This document shows positions 18,449 through 27,835 of a DNA stretch of 32,421 bases, in pieces. Position numbers and translations under genes: made by a program. The notes under the pieces are model-generated. The model had not been told where the DNA came from and ran no database searches. It worked only from the letters and a program-made list of their open reading frames with translations. Numbering within the stretch: position 1 is the stretch's first letter; each line of letters starts with the position of its first letter. The stretch is from a virus, in the UHGV virus genome UHGV-0019613; one strand, written 5' to 3'.

Positions 18449-19084
18449 ATGAACACTCTCGCAAATATTCAGGAACTCGCGCGCGCACTGCGCAACATGA
18501 TCCGCATCGGCATTATCGTCGAAACCGACCTTAACGCCGGTCGCTGCCGTGTGCAGACCGGCGGCATGTGCACCGACTGGCTTCAGTGGCTGACCCATCG
18601 CGCCGGTCGTTCGCGCACATGGTGGGCACCTTCCGTGGGGGAACAGGTGCTGATTCTGGCCGTGGGTGGTGAACTCGACACGGCGTTCGTTCTGCCGGGG
18701 ATTTATTCCGGCGATAACCCCTCGCCGTCTGTGTCGGCGGATGCCCTGCATATCCGTTTCCCTGACGGGGCGGTGATTGAATATGAACCCGAAACCAGTG
18801 CACTCACGGTAAGCGGAATTAAAACAGCCAGCGTGACGGCTTCTGATTCTGTTACTGCCACGGTGCCGGTGGTCATGGTGAAAGCATCAACCCGCGTCAC
18901 CCTGGACACACCGGAGGTGGTCTGCACCAACAGGCTGATTACCGGCACGCTGGAAGTGCAGAAGGGCGGGACGATGCGCGGCAACATTGAACACACCGGC
19001 GGTGAACTCTCATCAAACGGTAAGGTACTGCACACCCATAAACACCCCGGCGACAGCGGCGGCACAACCGGGAGTCCTCTATGA
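18449..19084 (+). CDS. V: Baseplate spike/assembly protein V
   Basis: 211 aa, same as P2 V. Confidence 0.85.
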   Translation: MNTLANIQELARALRNMIRIGIIVETDLNAGRCRVQTGGMCTDWLQWLTHRAGRSRTWWAPSVGEQVLILAVGGELDTAFVLPGIYSGDNPSPSVSADALHIRFPDGAVIEYEPETSALTVSGIKTASVTASDSVTATVPVVMVKASTRVTLDTPEVVCTNRLITGTLEVQKGGTMRGNIEHTGGELSSNGKVLHTHKHPGDSGGTTGSPL

Positions 19085-19428
19085 CAGCGCGTTATCTCGG
19101 AATGAATCGCAGTGATGGCCTGACTGTCACTGACCTTGAGCATATCAGCCAGAGTATCGGCGATATCCTGCGCACACCGGTCGGCTCACGGGTGATGCGT
19201 CGTGATTACGGCTCGTTGCTGGCATCAATGATTGACCAGCCGCAGACCCCGGCGCTTGAGTTGCAGATTAAGGTCGCCTGTTACATGGCGGTGCTGAAAT
19301 GGGAACCCCGCGTCACCCTGTCATCCGTCACCACGGCGCGCAGCTTTGACGGGCGAATGACGGTCACGTTGACCGGCCAGCACAACGACACCGGCCAGCC
19401 ACTTTCGTTAACCATCCCTGTGAGTTGA
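19081..19428 (+). CDS. W: Baseplate protein W (gp25-like)
   Basis: 115 aa, same as P2 W. Confidence 0.85.
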   Translation: MTARYLGMNRSDGLTVTDLEHISQSIGDILRTPVGSRVMRRDYGSLLASMIDQPQTPALELQIKVACYMAVLKWEPRVTLSSVTTARSFDGRMTVTLTGQHNDTGQPLSLTIPVS

Positions 19429-19432
19429 AACC

Positions 19433-20341
19433 ATGCCGATTATCGACCTGAACCAGCTACCCGCACCGGATGTGGTCGAGGAGCTGGACTTTGAAACCAT
19501 TCTTGCCGAACGCAAGGCGACACTGATTTCCCTTTACCCGGAAGACCAGCAGGAGGCGGTCGCCCGTACCCTGACGCTGGAATCCGAGCCTCTCGTCAAA
19601 CTGCTGGAGGAAAATGCTTATCGTGAGCTTATCTGGCGTCAGCGTGTGAATGAGGCCGCACGGGCGGTGATGCTGGCCTGTGCCTCCGGTAATGACCTTG
19701 ATGTGATTGGTGCCAATTACAACACCACGCGCCTGATTATCACTCCGGCAGATGATTCGACCCTCCCGCCGACACCGGCAGTGATGGAATCTGACACGGA
19801 TTATCGTCTGCGTATTCAGCAGGCGTTTGAAGGTTTAAGCGTCGCCGGGTCAGTGGGAGCCTATCAGTATCATGGTCGCAGTGCCGACGGGCGTGTCGCG
19901 GATATTTCTGTCACCAGTCCGTCTCCGGCCTGCGTCACCATCTCTGTGCTGTCACGTGAAAATAACGGTGTCGCATCCGAAGACCTGCTGGCGGTGGTGC
20001 GTAACGCCCTTAATGGCGAGGACGTCAGGCCGGTGGCCGACCGCGTGACCGTGCAGTCTGCCGCCATCGTTGAATACCAGATAAACGCCACGCTGTATCT
20101 TTACCCTGGTCCCGAAAGCGAACCCATTCGCGCTGCCGCCGTGAAAAAACTGGAAGCGTATATCACGGCACAGCACCGGCTGGGGCGCGACATCCGTCTG
20201 TCTGCCATTTATGCCGCTTTGCATGTGGAAGGCGTGCAGCGTGTCGAACTGACTGCACCGCTGGCTGACATCGTGCTTAACAGCACGCAGGCGTCTTTCT
20301 GTACCGAATACCGCGTCGTGACCGGAGGCTCGGATGAGTGA
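19433..20341 (+). CDS. J: Baseplate protein J
   Basis: 302 aa, same as P2 J. Confidence 0.85.
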   Translation: MPIIDLNQLPAPDVVEELDFETILAERKATLISLYPEDQQEAVARTLTLESEPLVKLLEENAYRELIWRQRVNEAARAVMLACASGNDLDVIGANYNTTRLIITPADDSTLPPTPAVMESDTDYRLRIQQAFEGLSVAGSVGAYQYHGRSADGRVADISVTSPSPACVTISVLSRENNGVASEDLLAVVRNALNGEDVRPVADRVTVQSAAIVEYQINATLYLYPGPESEPIRAAAVKKLEAYITAQHRLGRDIRLSAIYAALHVEGVQRVELTAPLADIVLNSTQASFCTEYRVVTGGSDE

Positions 20342-20864
20342 TTCGCGACTGCTGCCGACCGGCTCATCACCGCTTGAAGTTGCCGCCGCACAAGCCTGTG
20401 CGGAAATTGAAAAAACGCCGGTCAGGATTCGTGAACTGTGGAACCCGGATACCTGTCCGGCAAATCTGCTGCCGTGGCTGGCGTGGGCGTTTTCGGTCGA
20501 CAGGTGGGATGAAAAGTGGCCGGAAGCGACAAAACGCGCCGTTATCCGCGATGCCTATTTCATCCACTGTCATAAAGGCACAATAGGTGCAATCCGGCGT
20601 GTGGTGGAGCCGCTCGGCTATCTCATCAACGTGACGGAGTGGTGGGAAAACAGTGACCCGCCCGGCACCTTCCGGCTTGATATTGGTGTACTGGAAAGCG
20701 GCATCACAGAGGCAATGTATCAGGAAATGGAACGGCTGATTGCTGATGCCAAACCTGCAAGCCGCCACCTTATTGGCCTGAACATTACCCGGGACATTCC
20801 CGGCTACCTGTTCGCCGGTGGTGTGGCTTACGACGGCGATGTAATTACGGTTTACCCCGGATAA
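20334..20864 (+). CDS. I: Baseplate protein I
   Basis: 176 aa, same as P2 I. Confidence 0.85.
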   Translation: MSDSRLLPTGSSPLEVAAAQACAEIEKTPVRIRELWNPDTCPANLLPWLAWAFSVDRWDEKWPEATKRAVIRDAYFIHCHKGTIGAIRRVVEPLGYLINVTEWWENSDPPGTFRLDIGVLESGITEAMYQEMERLIADAKPASRHLIGLNITRDIPGYLFAGGVAYDGDVITVYPG

Positions 20865-20874
20865 GTGAGGAATA

Positions 20875-22992
20875 ATGAACACAAAATTCAGAACCGTTAT
20901 CACCACTGCCGGTGCAGCAAAGCTGGCAGCGGCAACCGCACCGGGAGGGCGGAAGGTCAACATTACCACGATGGCCGTCGGGGATGGCGGTGGTAAATTG
21001 CCTGTCCCGGATGCCGGACAGACCGGGCTTATCCACGAAGTCTGGCGACATACGCTGAACAAAATCAGCCAGGACAAACGAAACAGTAATTATATTATCG
21101 CAGAGCTGGTTATTCCGCCGGAGGTGGGCGGTTTCTGGATGCGTGAGCTTGGCCTGTACGATGATGCGGGAACATTAATTGCCGTGGCGAACATGGCCGA
21201 AAGTTATAAGCCAGCTCTTGCCGAAGGCTCAGGGCGTTCGCAGACCTGTCGCATGGTCATCATCGTCAGCAGTGTGGCCTCAGTGGAGCTGACCATTGAC
21301 ACCACAACAGTGATGGCGACGCAGGATTACGTTGATGACAAAATTGCAGAGCATGAACAGTCACGACGTCACCCTGACGCCTCGCTGACCGCAAAAGGTT
21401 TTACTCAGTTAAGCAGTGCGACCAACAGCACGTCTGAAACACTCGCCGCAACACCAAAAGCGGTAAAAGCAGCATATGACCTTGCTAACGGGAAATACAC
21501 TGCACAGGATGCCACCACCGCACGAAAAGGCCTTGTCCAGCTCAGTAGCGCCACCAACAGCGATTCTGAAACGCTTGCGGCAACGCCAAAGGCGGTAAAG
21601 GCCGCGTATGACCTTGCTAACGGGAAATACACTGCACAGGATGCCACTATAGCGCGAAAAGGTCTTGTCCAGCTCAGTAGCGCCACCAACAGTGATTCTG
21701 AAATGCTGGCCGCGACATCAAAAGCGGTGAAGTCTGCCAATGACAATGCTGAAAAACGTCTTCAGAAAGATCAGAACGGTGCGGATATTCCTGATAAAGA
21801 ACGCTTCTTGAGTAACATTAATGTTTACAGCAAAGGTGAAGTGGATAAGAAAAAGGGAATGCGAAAGTATTCGTTTGCAGCCCCTGCAAATGTCGTTGCC
21901 GGGAAGTGGTATCCCGTTATCTTTCGCCGTGCTGCCAGCCTTTCAGGAGAAATGGCTTCCCGCGTCGTTATTTCCACTGGTTGTTATAACAGCGATTATG
22001 TAATGAATAACTGCGAGTTTAATGGCATGGTTATGCCCGGAGGCTGGACTGATCGTGGTTCTTATGCGGCAGGTTACTTCTGGACGTATCAGACTAATGA
22101 GCGTTCAATCCATTCCATTGTTACAAGCCTGAAAGATGATGATGTATGTAGTGTTTTTTATGTTGAAGCCAGAGCTTTCCCTGTACAAATTCTTGCAGAG
22201 GAAGGGCTAACGGTTATTGTTCCGACAGAGGATTATGTCGTCGGTCAAACGACATATAAGTGGGGGGCAACTAATCCCGCTACAGAAAGCACGAACGCAC
22301 AGGCTATTCTGGATTTTAAAAATGGACGTGGTTATTACTGTTCACATCCATTTATTTCCAGCCTTTCAGGAAATGCTGCAACAGCAACGAAGTTAGCGAA
22401 CGCAAGAAATATTAATGGTGTCAGATTTGATGGCTCTGCCGATATAAATATTAATACACTGGTATCCAGAAACCGTGTTACTGCATTAGGTGGGAGCGTA
22501 AAGGGGACACCAGGTATTCAGATGTATGAGGCATACAACAATGGCTACCCAACAGCCTATGGTAATGTGCTTCATCTCACTGGTGTAACCGCAGTAGGAG
22601 AGGGTGAGTTACTTATTGGCTGGAGTGGAACCAGCGGTGCTCATGCTCCGGCATATATTCGCTCCCGACGAGATACCACAGATGCTAACTGGTCTGGATG
22701 GGCGCAACTATATACAACTGCTCATAAACCCTCAGCGGGAGATGTTGGTGCATACACCAAAGCTGAGTCAGATTCACGTTATGTGAGAGACATGCGGCTG
22801 GGCGGTGCATCTACATATAAACCAGCAAATAATGGTACTACATGGACGCATCAGGCTCCGTCAGGTTGCGTATATACCGGCATTATTGTTCAGGATACCG
22901 GCTCAAACTCTGCCGATAACATTGGTGGCGTATATTACAGACCGGTGCAGAAATACATTAACGGGACATGGTATAACGTGGCGCAGGTATAA
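20875..22992 (+). CDS. H: Tail fibre protein
   Basis: 705 aa; conserved P2 H-like N-terminus (FRTVITTAGAAKLAAA) and C-terminal YINGTWYNVAQV; internal tandem repeats. Confidence 0.85.
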   Translation: MNTKFRTVITTAGAAKLAAATAPGGRKVNITTMAVGDGGGKLPVPDAGQTGLIHEVWRHTLNKISQDKRNSNYIIAELVIPPEVGGFWMRELGLYDDAGTLIAVANMAESYKPALAEGSGRSQTCRMVIIVSSVASVELTIDTTTVMATQDYVDDKIAEHEQSRRHPDASLTAKGFTQLSSATNSTSETLAATPKAVKAAYDLANGKYTAQDATTARKGLVQLSSATNSDSETLAATPKAVKAAYDLANGKYTAQDATIARKGLVQLSSATNSDSEMLAATSKAVKSANDNAEKRLQKDQNGADIPDKERFLSNINVYSKGEVDKKKGMRKYSFAAPANVVAGKWYPVIFRRAASLSGEMASRVVISTGCYNSDYVMNNCEFNGMVMPGGWTDRGSYAAGYFWTYQTNERSIHSIVTSLKDDDVCSVFYVEARAFPVQILAEEGLTVIVPTEDYVVGQTTYKWGATNPATESTNAQAILDFKNGRGYYCSHPFISSLSGNAATATKLANARNINGVRFDGSADININTLVSRNRVTALGGSVKGTPGIQMYEAYNNGYPTAYGNVLHLTGVTAVGEGELLIGWSGTSGAHAPAYIRSRRDTTDANWSGWAQLYTTAHKPSAGDVGAYTKAESDSRYVRDMRLGGASTYKPANNGTTWTHQAPSGCVYTGIIVQDTGSNSADNIGGVYYRPVQKYINGTWYNVAQV
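21397..21750 (+). repeat. Tandem 132-bp (44-aa) repeat inside tail fibre gene H, two near-identical copies plus a diverged third
   Basis: GFTQLSSATNS(T/D)SETLAATPKAVKAAYDLANGKYTAQDAT(T/I)ARK repeated with period 132 nt (for example GACCTTGCTAACGGG at 21478 and 21610). Confidence 0.7.
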
Positions 22993-22995
22993 TTT

Positions 22996-23523
22996 ATGCA
23001 GCATTTAAAAAATATTACGGCGGGTAATCCAAAAACGGTTGAACAATATCAATTGACAAAGAATTTTGATGTTGTCTGGTTTTTTTCAGAAGATGGTAAG
23101 AACTGGTACGAAGAACAAAAGTATTTTGCTGATAACACGATAAAAATAGCGTACGACAAAGATAATATCATCCACTATGTGGAAAAGGATGTGACAGCTA
23201 TCAGACCGGAGGGATTAAGTGTTGTTGAAGTGGCGGATATTACTGCTAACCGACGGGCGGATATTTCAGGGAACTGGATGTTTAAGGATGGCACAGTGAT
23301 CAAACGAATTTATACGGCAGAGGAATTGCAACAGCAGGCAGAAAACAGGAAAGCCAGACTTCTTGCAGATGCTGAATCCGTGATTTTGCCGCTGGAGCGC
23401 GCTGTCAGGCTGAATATGGCAACAGAGGAGGAGCGTAGCAGACTGGAAAGATGGGAACGCTACAGCGTTCTGGTCAGTCGTGTGGATCCTGCAAATCCTG
23501 AATGGCCAGAAATGCCGCAATAA
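22996..23523 (+). CDS. G: Tail fibre assembly chaperone
   Basis: 175 aa, same as P2 G; directly follows H. Confidence 0.8.
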   Translation: MQHLKNITAGNPKTVEQYQLTKNFDVVWFFSEDGKNWYEEQKYFADNTIKIAYDKDNIIHYVEKDVTAIRPEGLSVVEVADITANRRADISGNWMFKDGTVIKRIYTAEELQQQAENRKARLLADAESVILPLERAVRLNMATEEERSRLERWERYSVLVSRVDPANPEWPEMPQ

Positions 23524-23558
23524 GTTGTATGAGTTCTGGTGGGAGTTTACATATCTAT

Positions 23559-23608
23559 GGCACAGAGTAAAGCCTAATCTGACAGTCCGCTCTGTGCCAG
23601 GAGCGGAC
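23559..23608 (+). other. Two overlapping, mutually exclusive hairpins downstream of G
   Basis: GGCACAGAG (23559-23567) pairs with CTCTGTGCC (23590-23598); alternatively GTCCGCTC (23585-23592) pairs with GAGCGGAC (23601-23608); no T-tract follows. Confidence 0.4.
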
Positions 23609-23817
23609 ATCCCACACTTCTGCTTCTGTGGCCAAAATCCGTATGCCACTACACTGCTGGCTTTTTAAGCGGCATTAATCATATGGCTTCCTATGAATAC
23701 GAAGGGTAAAATGGATAGGTATACGCTATAGAATTATGTATATGCTACATATACCAACAACGAAAGCAGGTTGCAAAGCAGCCTGTATAATCATCACTTA
23801 AGTTCATGGAATAAAAT

Positions 23818-25119
23818 ATGCATACTGGCTTTAAGGGAACTTATGACGCACTTTTGAGGCTTGAGAAGGCTATAGAAGGTCTGACCATCCAAGATGGGTT
23901 GATGACGAATACTCTTGGAGTTGAGGTTCCGGCAATAACATCAGATGACCTAATTGACCAAATAATTTGCATTATTAACAAGCTGAAAGCATATGGTGAT
24001 ATTGAACTAACTGAAAAAGAAATTGTCGCTTATTCATCTCTCCCTGAAAAAATTGACACACTCATTAAAGTTCACGTCCCAGAGTTCTCAGGCGTTAACT
24101 CCGCACGAGCTATATCTTCATATATGCTAACACTGGCATATGTTGACCATTTCTTGGATGAATCGTTTACATGGAAGCGGTTGGATAATGCTAATTTACT
24201 TCCTAGAAATTTAAGCAGAAAAATTAAAAGCATGGAGGCGAGAATTAACAAGATTGATCCTGAGATGGATGCTCTTGAGAGTAAAGTTAAAACGATTAAT
24301 GATGCTCATGTAGCTGCAGAAAATATACCTATAGACTTAAATGAATTAAAGGAATACAACAAAGAAGCATCTGATTTAAAGGAGAAGATATCTAAAACTC
24401 ATTTCAGTTTAGAGTCCCAAGAAGAAGCTGCAAAAAAAATTATTGATGAGTTGCAAGAAAAAAATATAGAGGCTGCCCGGTATCTGGCTCTTTGCGAAGA
24501 GGCTATTAGGGCTTCAACATCGAAAGGCTTAGCAGGAGCATTTGAAATAAAAGCAGATAAGCTTAACCGAAGTATCCAACTATGGGTTGCCGGTTTGGCA
24601 GTTGCTTTGGGGCTTGGTGGTTTAGTCGGATATGAAAGATTGAAAGTTCTTTCTGGGGTTTTGAATAACCCAAATCCCAGTGCGGTAGTAATACTCACTC
24701 AATTACTATTATCTGTTTTTAGCATAGGCGCCCCTCTTTGGTTTGCTTGGATGTCTACAAAACAAATTAATCAACGTTTCAAACTCGCAGAGGATTATGC
24801 TTATAAAGCTTCTGTGGCTAAAGCGTATGAGGGATACAAAAATGAGGCATGCAAGGTATCAGATGGAGAGTTCGAAAAACGCTTATTTGATTCTGCGCTA
24901 AGTCGACTTGAAGAGGCTCCATTGCGTTTTGTGAAAGATGAAGATCATACTACTCCTTGGACAGAAATGCTTAATTCTAAGTCGTTTCAAAAATTCTTAG
25001 ATGCCTCCATTGATAATGTAAATTATGTTAAAGGGATTATAAGTAAGAAAGGCCAATCAGCAGCTAAAGCAAGCAATGATGAGGTTAATCACATTGAAAA
25101 ACTAAAGAATGAAGCTTGA
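23818..25119 (+). CDS. Uncharacterised cargo protein: coiled-coil N-terminal region, two central transmembrane helices, soluble C-terminal domain; candidate defence/abortive-infection effector
   Basis: 433-aa uninterrupted ORF in a by-eye AT-rich island at the P2 Z/fun locus; hydrophobic stretches about residues 254-272 (IQLWVAGLAVALGLGGLVGY) and 288-312 (AVVILTQLLLSVFSIGAPLWFAWM); TATAAT 27 nt upstream; tandem terminators downstream; no Walker A or nuclease motif recognised. Confidence 0.75.
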   Translation: MHTGFKGTYDALLRLEKAIEGLTIQDGLMTNTLGVEVPAITSDDLIDQIICIINKLKAYGDIELTEKEIVAYSSLPEKIDTLIKVHVPEFSGVNSARAISSYMLTLAYVDHFLDESFTWKRLDNANLLPRNLSRKIKSMEARINKIDPEMDALESKVKTINDAHVAAENIPIDLNELKEYNKEASDLKEKISKTHFSLESQEEAAKKIIDELQEKNIEAARYLALCEEAIRASTSKGLAGAFEIKADKLNRSIQLWVAGLAVALGLGGLVGYERLKVLSGVLNNPNPSAVVILTQLLLSVFSIGAPLWFAWMSTKQINQRFKLAEDYAYKASVAKAYEGYKNEACKVSDGEFEKRLFDSALSRLEEAPLRFVKDEDHTTPWTEMLNSKSFQKFLDASIDNVNYVKGIISKKGQSAAKASNDEVNHIEKLKNEA

Positions 25120-25130
25120 ATTATAATACT

Positions 25131-25153
25131 GCCTCCGCAAGTGCGAGGCTTTT
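25131..25153 (+). terminator. Rho-independent terminator immediately after the cargo gene
   Basis: GCCTCCGCA-AG-TGCGAGGC hairpin followed by TTTT. Confidence 0.55.
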
Positions 25154-25160
25154 ACATTAA

Positions 25161-25189
25161 CTGCCCTGCAGTAAATCTAGGGCAGTTTT
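25161..25189 (+). terminator. Second tandem terminator-like hairpin
   Basis: CTGCCCT...AGGGCAG (7-bp stem, 11-nt loop) followed by TTTT. Confidence 0.5.
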
Positions 25190-25506
25190 ACGTGCTAGGG
25201 GCTGAGTTGGCTAACCGGCTCTTTCAGCAGTCGGTCTGCCGCTATTGAGCTGGGGCTCAACGTGTGTGAGAACGTCAGATTCAATACGTAGGTATGGCCT
25301 CACTCCTTATTTGAGCACTCGCAATACAGAGAGTTAAAGTGATCGCCTTTCGGTACTGATCTGCGAATGACTTTGGGGGATTTGCACTCAGGGGAGAGTA
25401 ACTTCGTGACAACTTCCGCTCTTAGCTAAAAGCAGACTGTCAGATTTGATAGCGTTTCGGCAATGTAAATAGTCAGTCGGAAAATGAGTGTGTACAAGTC
25501 AGGACA

Positions 25507-25530
25507 GGCGGGCTGATTTCCCGCCTTTTC
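25507..25530 (+). terminator. Terminator-like hairpin upstream of the FI late promoter region
   Basis: GGCGGG-CTGATTT-CCCGCC followed by TTTTCTTTAT. Confidence 0.45.
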
Positions 25531-25629
25531 TTTATCTGTTGTTTCATCCCCTGACCAGCCAGGTCAAATAGCGTCTCATGTACTACCCAACGGAAAATAG
25601 TTGCACCCATTAACCACGGAGTTAAACGG

Positions 25630-26820
25630 ATGAGTGACTATCATCACGGCGTGCAGGTGCTGGAGATTAACGACGGCACCCGCGTCATTTCCACCGTATC
25701 CACGGCTATTGTCGGCATGGTCTGCACGGCCAGCGATGCGGATGCGGAAACCTTCCCCCTCAATAAACCGGTGCTGATTACCAATGTGCAGAGCGCAATT
25801 GCAAAGGCCGGTAAAAAAGGCACGCTGGCGGCATCGTTGCAGGCCATCGCCGACCAGTCAAAACCGGTCACCGTTGTCGTGCGTGTGGAAGACGGCACCG
25901 GCGAAGACGAAGAAACGAAACTCGCGCAGACTGTTTCCAATATCATCGGAACCACCGACGAAAACGGTCAGTACACCGGACTGAAAGCCCTGCTGGCGGC
26001 GGAGTCGGTAACCGGTGTTAAACCACGAATTCTCGGCGTACCGGGACTGGACACCAAAGAGGTGGCTGTTGCACTGGCATCAGTCTGTCAGAAGCTGCGT
26101 GCTTTCGGATATATCAGCGCATGGGGCTGTAAGACCATTTCCGAGGTGAAAGCCTACCGCCAGAATTTCAGCCAGCGTGAACTGATGGTTATCTGGCCGG
26201 ATTTCCTCGCATGGGATACGGTCACCAGTACCACCGTCACCGCGTATGCCACCGCCCGTGCGCTGGGTCTGCGTGCAAAAATCGACCAGGAGCAGGGCTG
26301 GCATAAAACGCTGTCCAACGTCGGGGTAAACGGTGTTACCGGCATCAGTGCCTCTGTATTCTGGGATTTGCAGGAGTCCGGCACCGATGCTGACCTGCTT
26401 AACGAGTCTGGCGTCACTACGCTGATTCGCCGCGACGGTTTCCGCTTCTGGGGTAACCGTACCTGCTCTGATGACCCGCTGTTCCTCTTTGAAAACTACA
26501 CCCGCACCGCGCAGGTGCTGGCCGACACGATGGCTGAGGCGCACATGTGGGCGGTGGACAAGCCCATCACCGCAACGCTGATTCGCGACATCGTTGACGG
26601 CATCAATGCCAAATTCCGTGAGCTGAAAACAAACGGCTATATCGTGGACGCGACCTGCTGGTTCAGTGAAGAATCCAACGATGCGGAAACCCTCAAGGCC
26701 GGAAAACTGTATATCGACTACGACTATACCCCGGTGCCTCCTCTTGAAAACCTGACCCTGCGCCAGCGTATTACCGATAAATACCTGGCAAATCTGGTCA
26801 CCTCGGTTAACAGCAATTAA
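25630..26820 (+). CDS. FI: Tail sheath protein
   Basis: 396 aa, same as P2 FI. Confidence 0.9.
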   Translation: MSDYHHGVQVLEINDGTRVISTVSTAIVGMVCTASDADAETFPLNKPVLITNVQSAIAKAGKKGTLAASLQAIADQSKPVTVVVRVEDGTGEDEETKLAQTVSNIIGTTDENGQYTGLKALLAAESVTGVKPRILGVPGLDTKEVAVALASVCQKLRAFGYISAWGCKTISEVKAYRQNFSQRELMVIWPDFLAWDTVTSTTVTAYATARALGLRAKIDQEQGWHKTLSNVGVNGVTGISASVFWDLQESGTDADLLNESGVTTLIRRDGFRFWGNRTCSDDPLFLFENYTRTAQVLADTMAEAHMWAVDKPITATLIRDIVDGINAKFRELKTNGYIVDATCWFSEESNDAETLKAGKLYIDYDYTPVPPLENLTLRQRITDKYLANLVTSVNSN

Positions 26821-26832
26821 GGAGCCTGACCG

Positions 26833-27351
26833 ATGGCAATGCCGCGCAAACTCAAGTTAATGAACGTCTTTCTGAACGGCTACAGCTATCAGGGCGTTGC
26901 AAAGTCCGTCACGCTGCCAAAACTGACCCGTAAGCTCGAAAACTATCGCGGTGCGGGGATGAACGGCAGCGCACCGGTAGACCTCGGCCTTGATGATGAT
27001 GCGCTGTCAATGGAGTGGTCGCTCGGGGGCTTCCCGGATTCGGTTATCTGGGAGCTTTACGCCGCAACCGGTGTGGATGCTGTGCCGATTCGTTTTGCAG
27101 GCTCTTACCAGCGCGACGATACCGGCGAAACGGTGGCCGTCGAGGTGGTCATGCGTGGACGTCAGAAAGAAATCGACACCGGCGAGGGCAAACAGGGAGA
27201 AGACACCGAGTCGAAAATCTCCGTGGTCTGCACCTATTTCCGGCTGACGATGGACGGTAAGGAGCTGGTCGAAATCGACACCATCAACATGATTGAGAAG
27301 GTGAACGGCGTCGACCGGCTGGAGCAACACCGCCGCAATATCGGCCTGTGA
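26833..27351 (+). CDS. FII: Tail tube protein
   Basis: 172 aa, same as P2 FII. Confidence 0.9.
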   Translation: MAMPRKLKLMNVFLNGYSYQGVAKSVTLPKLTRKLENYRGAGMNGSAPVDLGLDDDALSMEWSLGGFPDSVIWELYAATGVDAVPIRFAGSYQRDDTGETVAVEVVMRGRQKEIDTGEGKQGEDTESKISVVCTYFRLTMDGKELVEIDTINMIEKVNGVDRLEQHRRNIGL

Positions 27352-27407
27352 TTTTCATCCGGTCAGCCTGGCTGACCGGTTAACCCCGATTCAGAAGTGA
27401 GAAAACC

Positions 27408-27683
27408 ATGAACAAAGAAAATGTGATTACCCTGGACAATCCGGTCAAGCGTGGTGAGCAGGTTATCGAACAGGTCACGCTGATGAAACCTAATGCCGGG
27501 ACGCTGCGCGGTGTCAGTCTGGCTGCGGTCGCGAACTCCGAAGTCGATGCACTGATTAAGGTGCTGCCGCGCATGACGGCACCGATGCTGACCGAGCAGG
27601 AAGTCGCCGCGCTGGAACTGCCTGACCTTGTGGCGCTGGCCGGTAAGGTGGTCGGTTTTTTGTCGCCGAACTCGGTGCAGTGA
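27408..27683 (+). CDS. E: Tail assembly chaperone E
   Basis: 91 aa; contains slippery heptamer near its 3' end. Confidence 0.8.
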   Translation: MNKENVITLDNPVKRGEQVIEQVTLMKPNAGTLRGVSLAAVANSEVDALIKVLPRMTAPMLTEQEVAALELPDLVALAGKVVGFLSPNSVQ

Positions 27684-27835
27684 CGTTTCCGAAAAATCTC
27701 TCGGTCGATGACCTGATGGCGGATGTGGCAGTGATATTTCACTGGCCGCCATCAGAACTGTATCCCATGAGCCTGACCGAACTCATCACATGGCGCGAAA
27801 AGGCGCTCCGGCGAAGCGGAAACACGAATGAGTAA
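27408..27835 (+). CDS. E': Tail assembly chaperone E+E' produced by programmed -1 ribosomal frameshift
   Basis: Slippery T6G (27656-27662); the -1 frame continues open to TAA at 27833-27835, giving 142 aa in total, the size of the P2 E+E' product; the T start codon overlaps its end. Confidence 0.7.

Noticed and set aside
21405-21746. 113-aa minus-strand ORF with its own internal repeat
   Set aside because: It is the antisense image of the tandem repeat in tail fibre gene H, so the repeat reflects the H gene and not a separate gene.
23480-23668. 62-aa plus-strand ORF spanning the G stop
   Set aside because: It starts inside G in another frame, has no RBS, and covers the hairpin region; judged non-coding.
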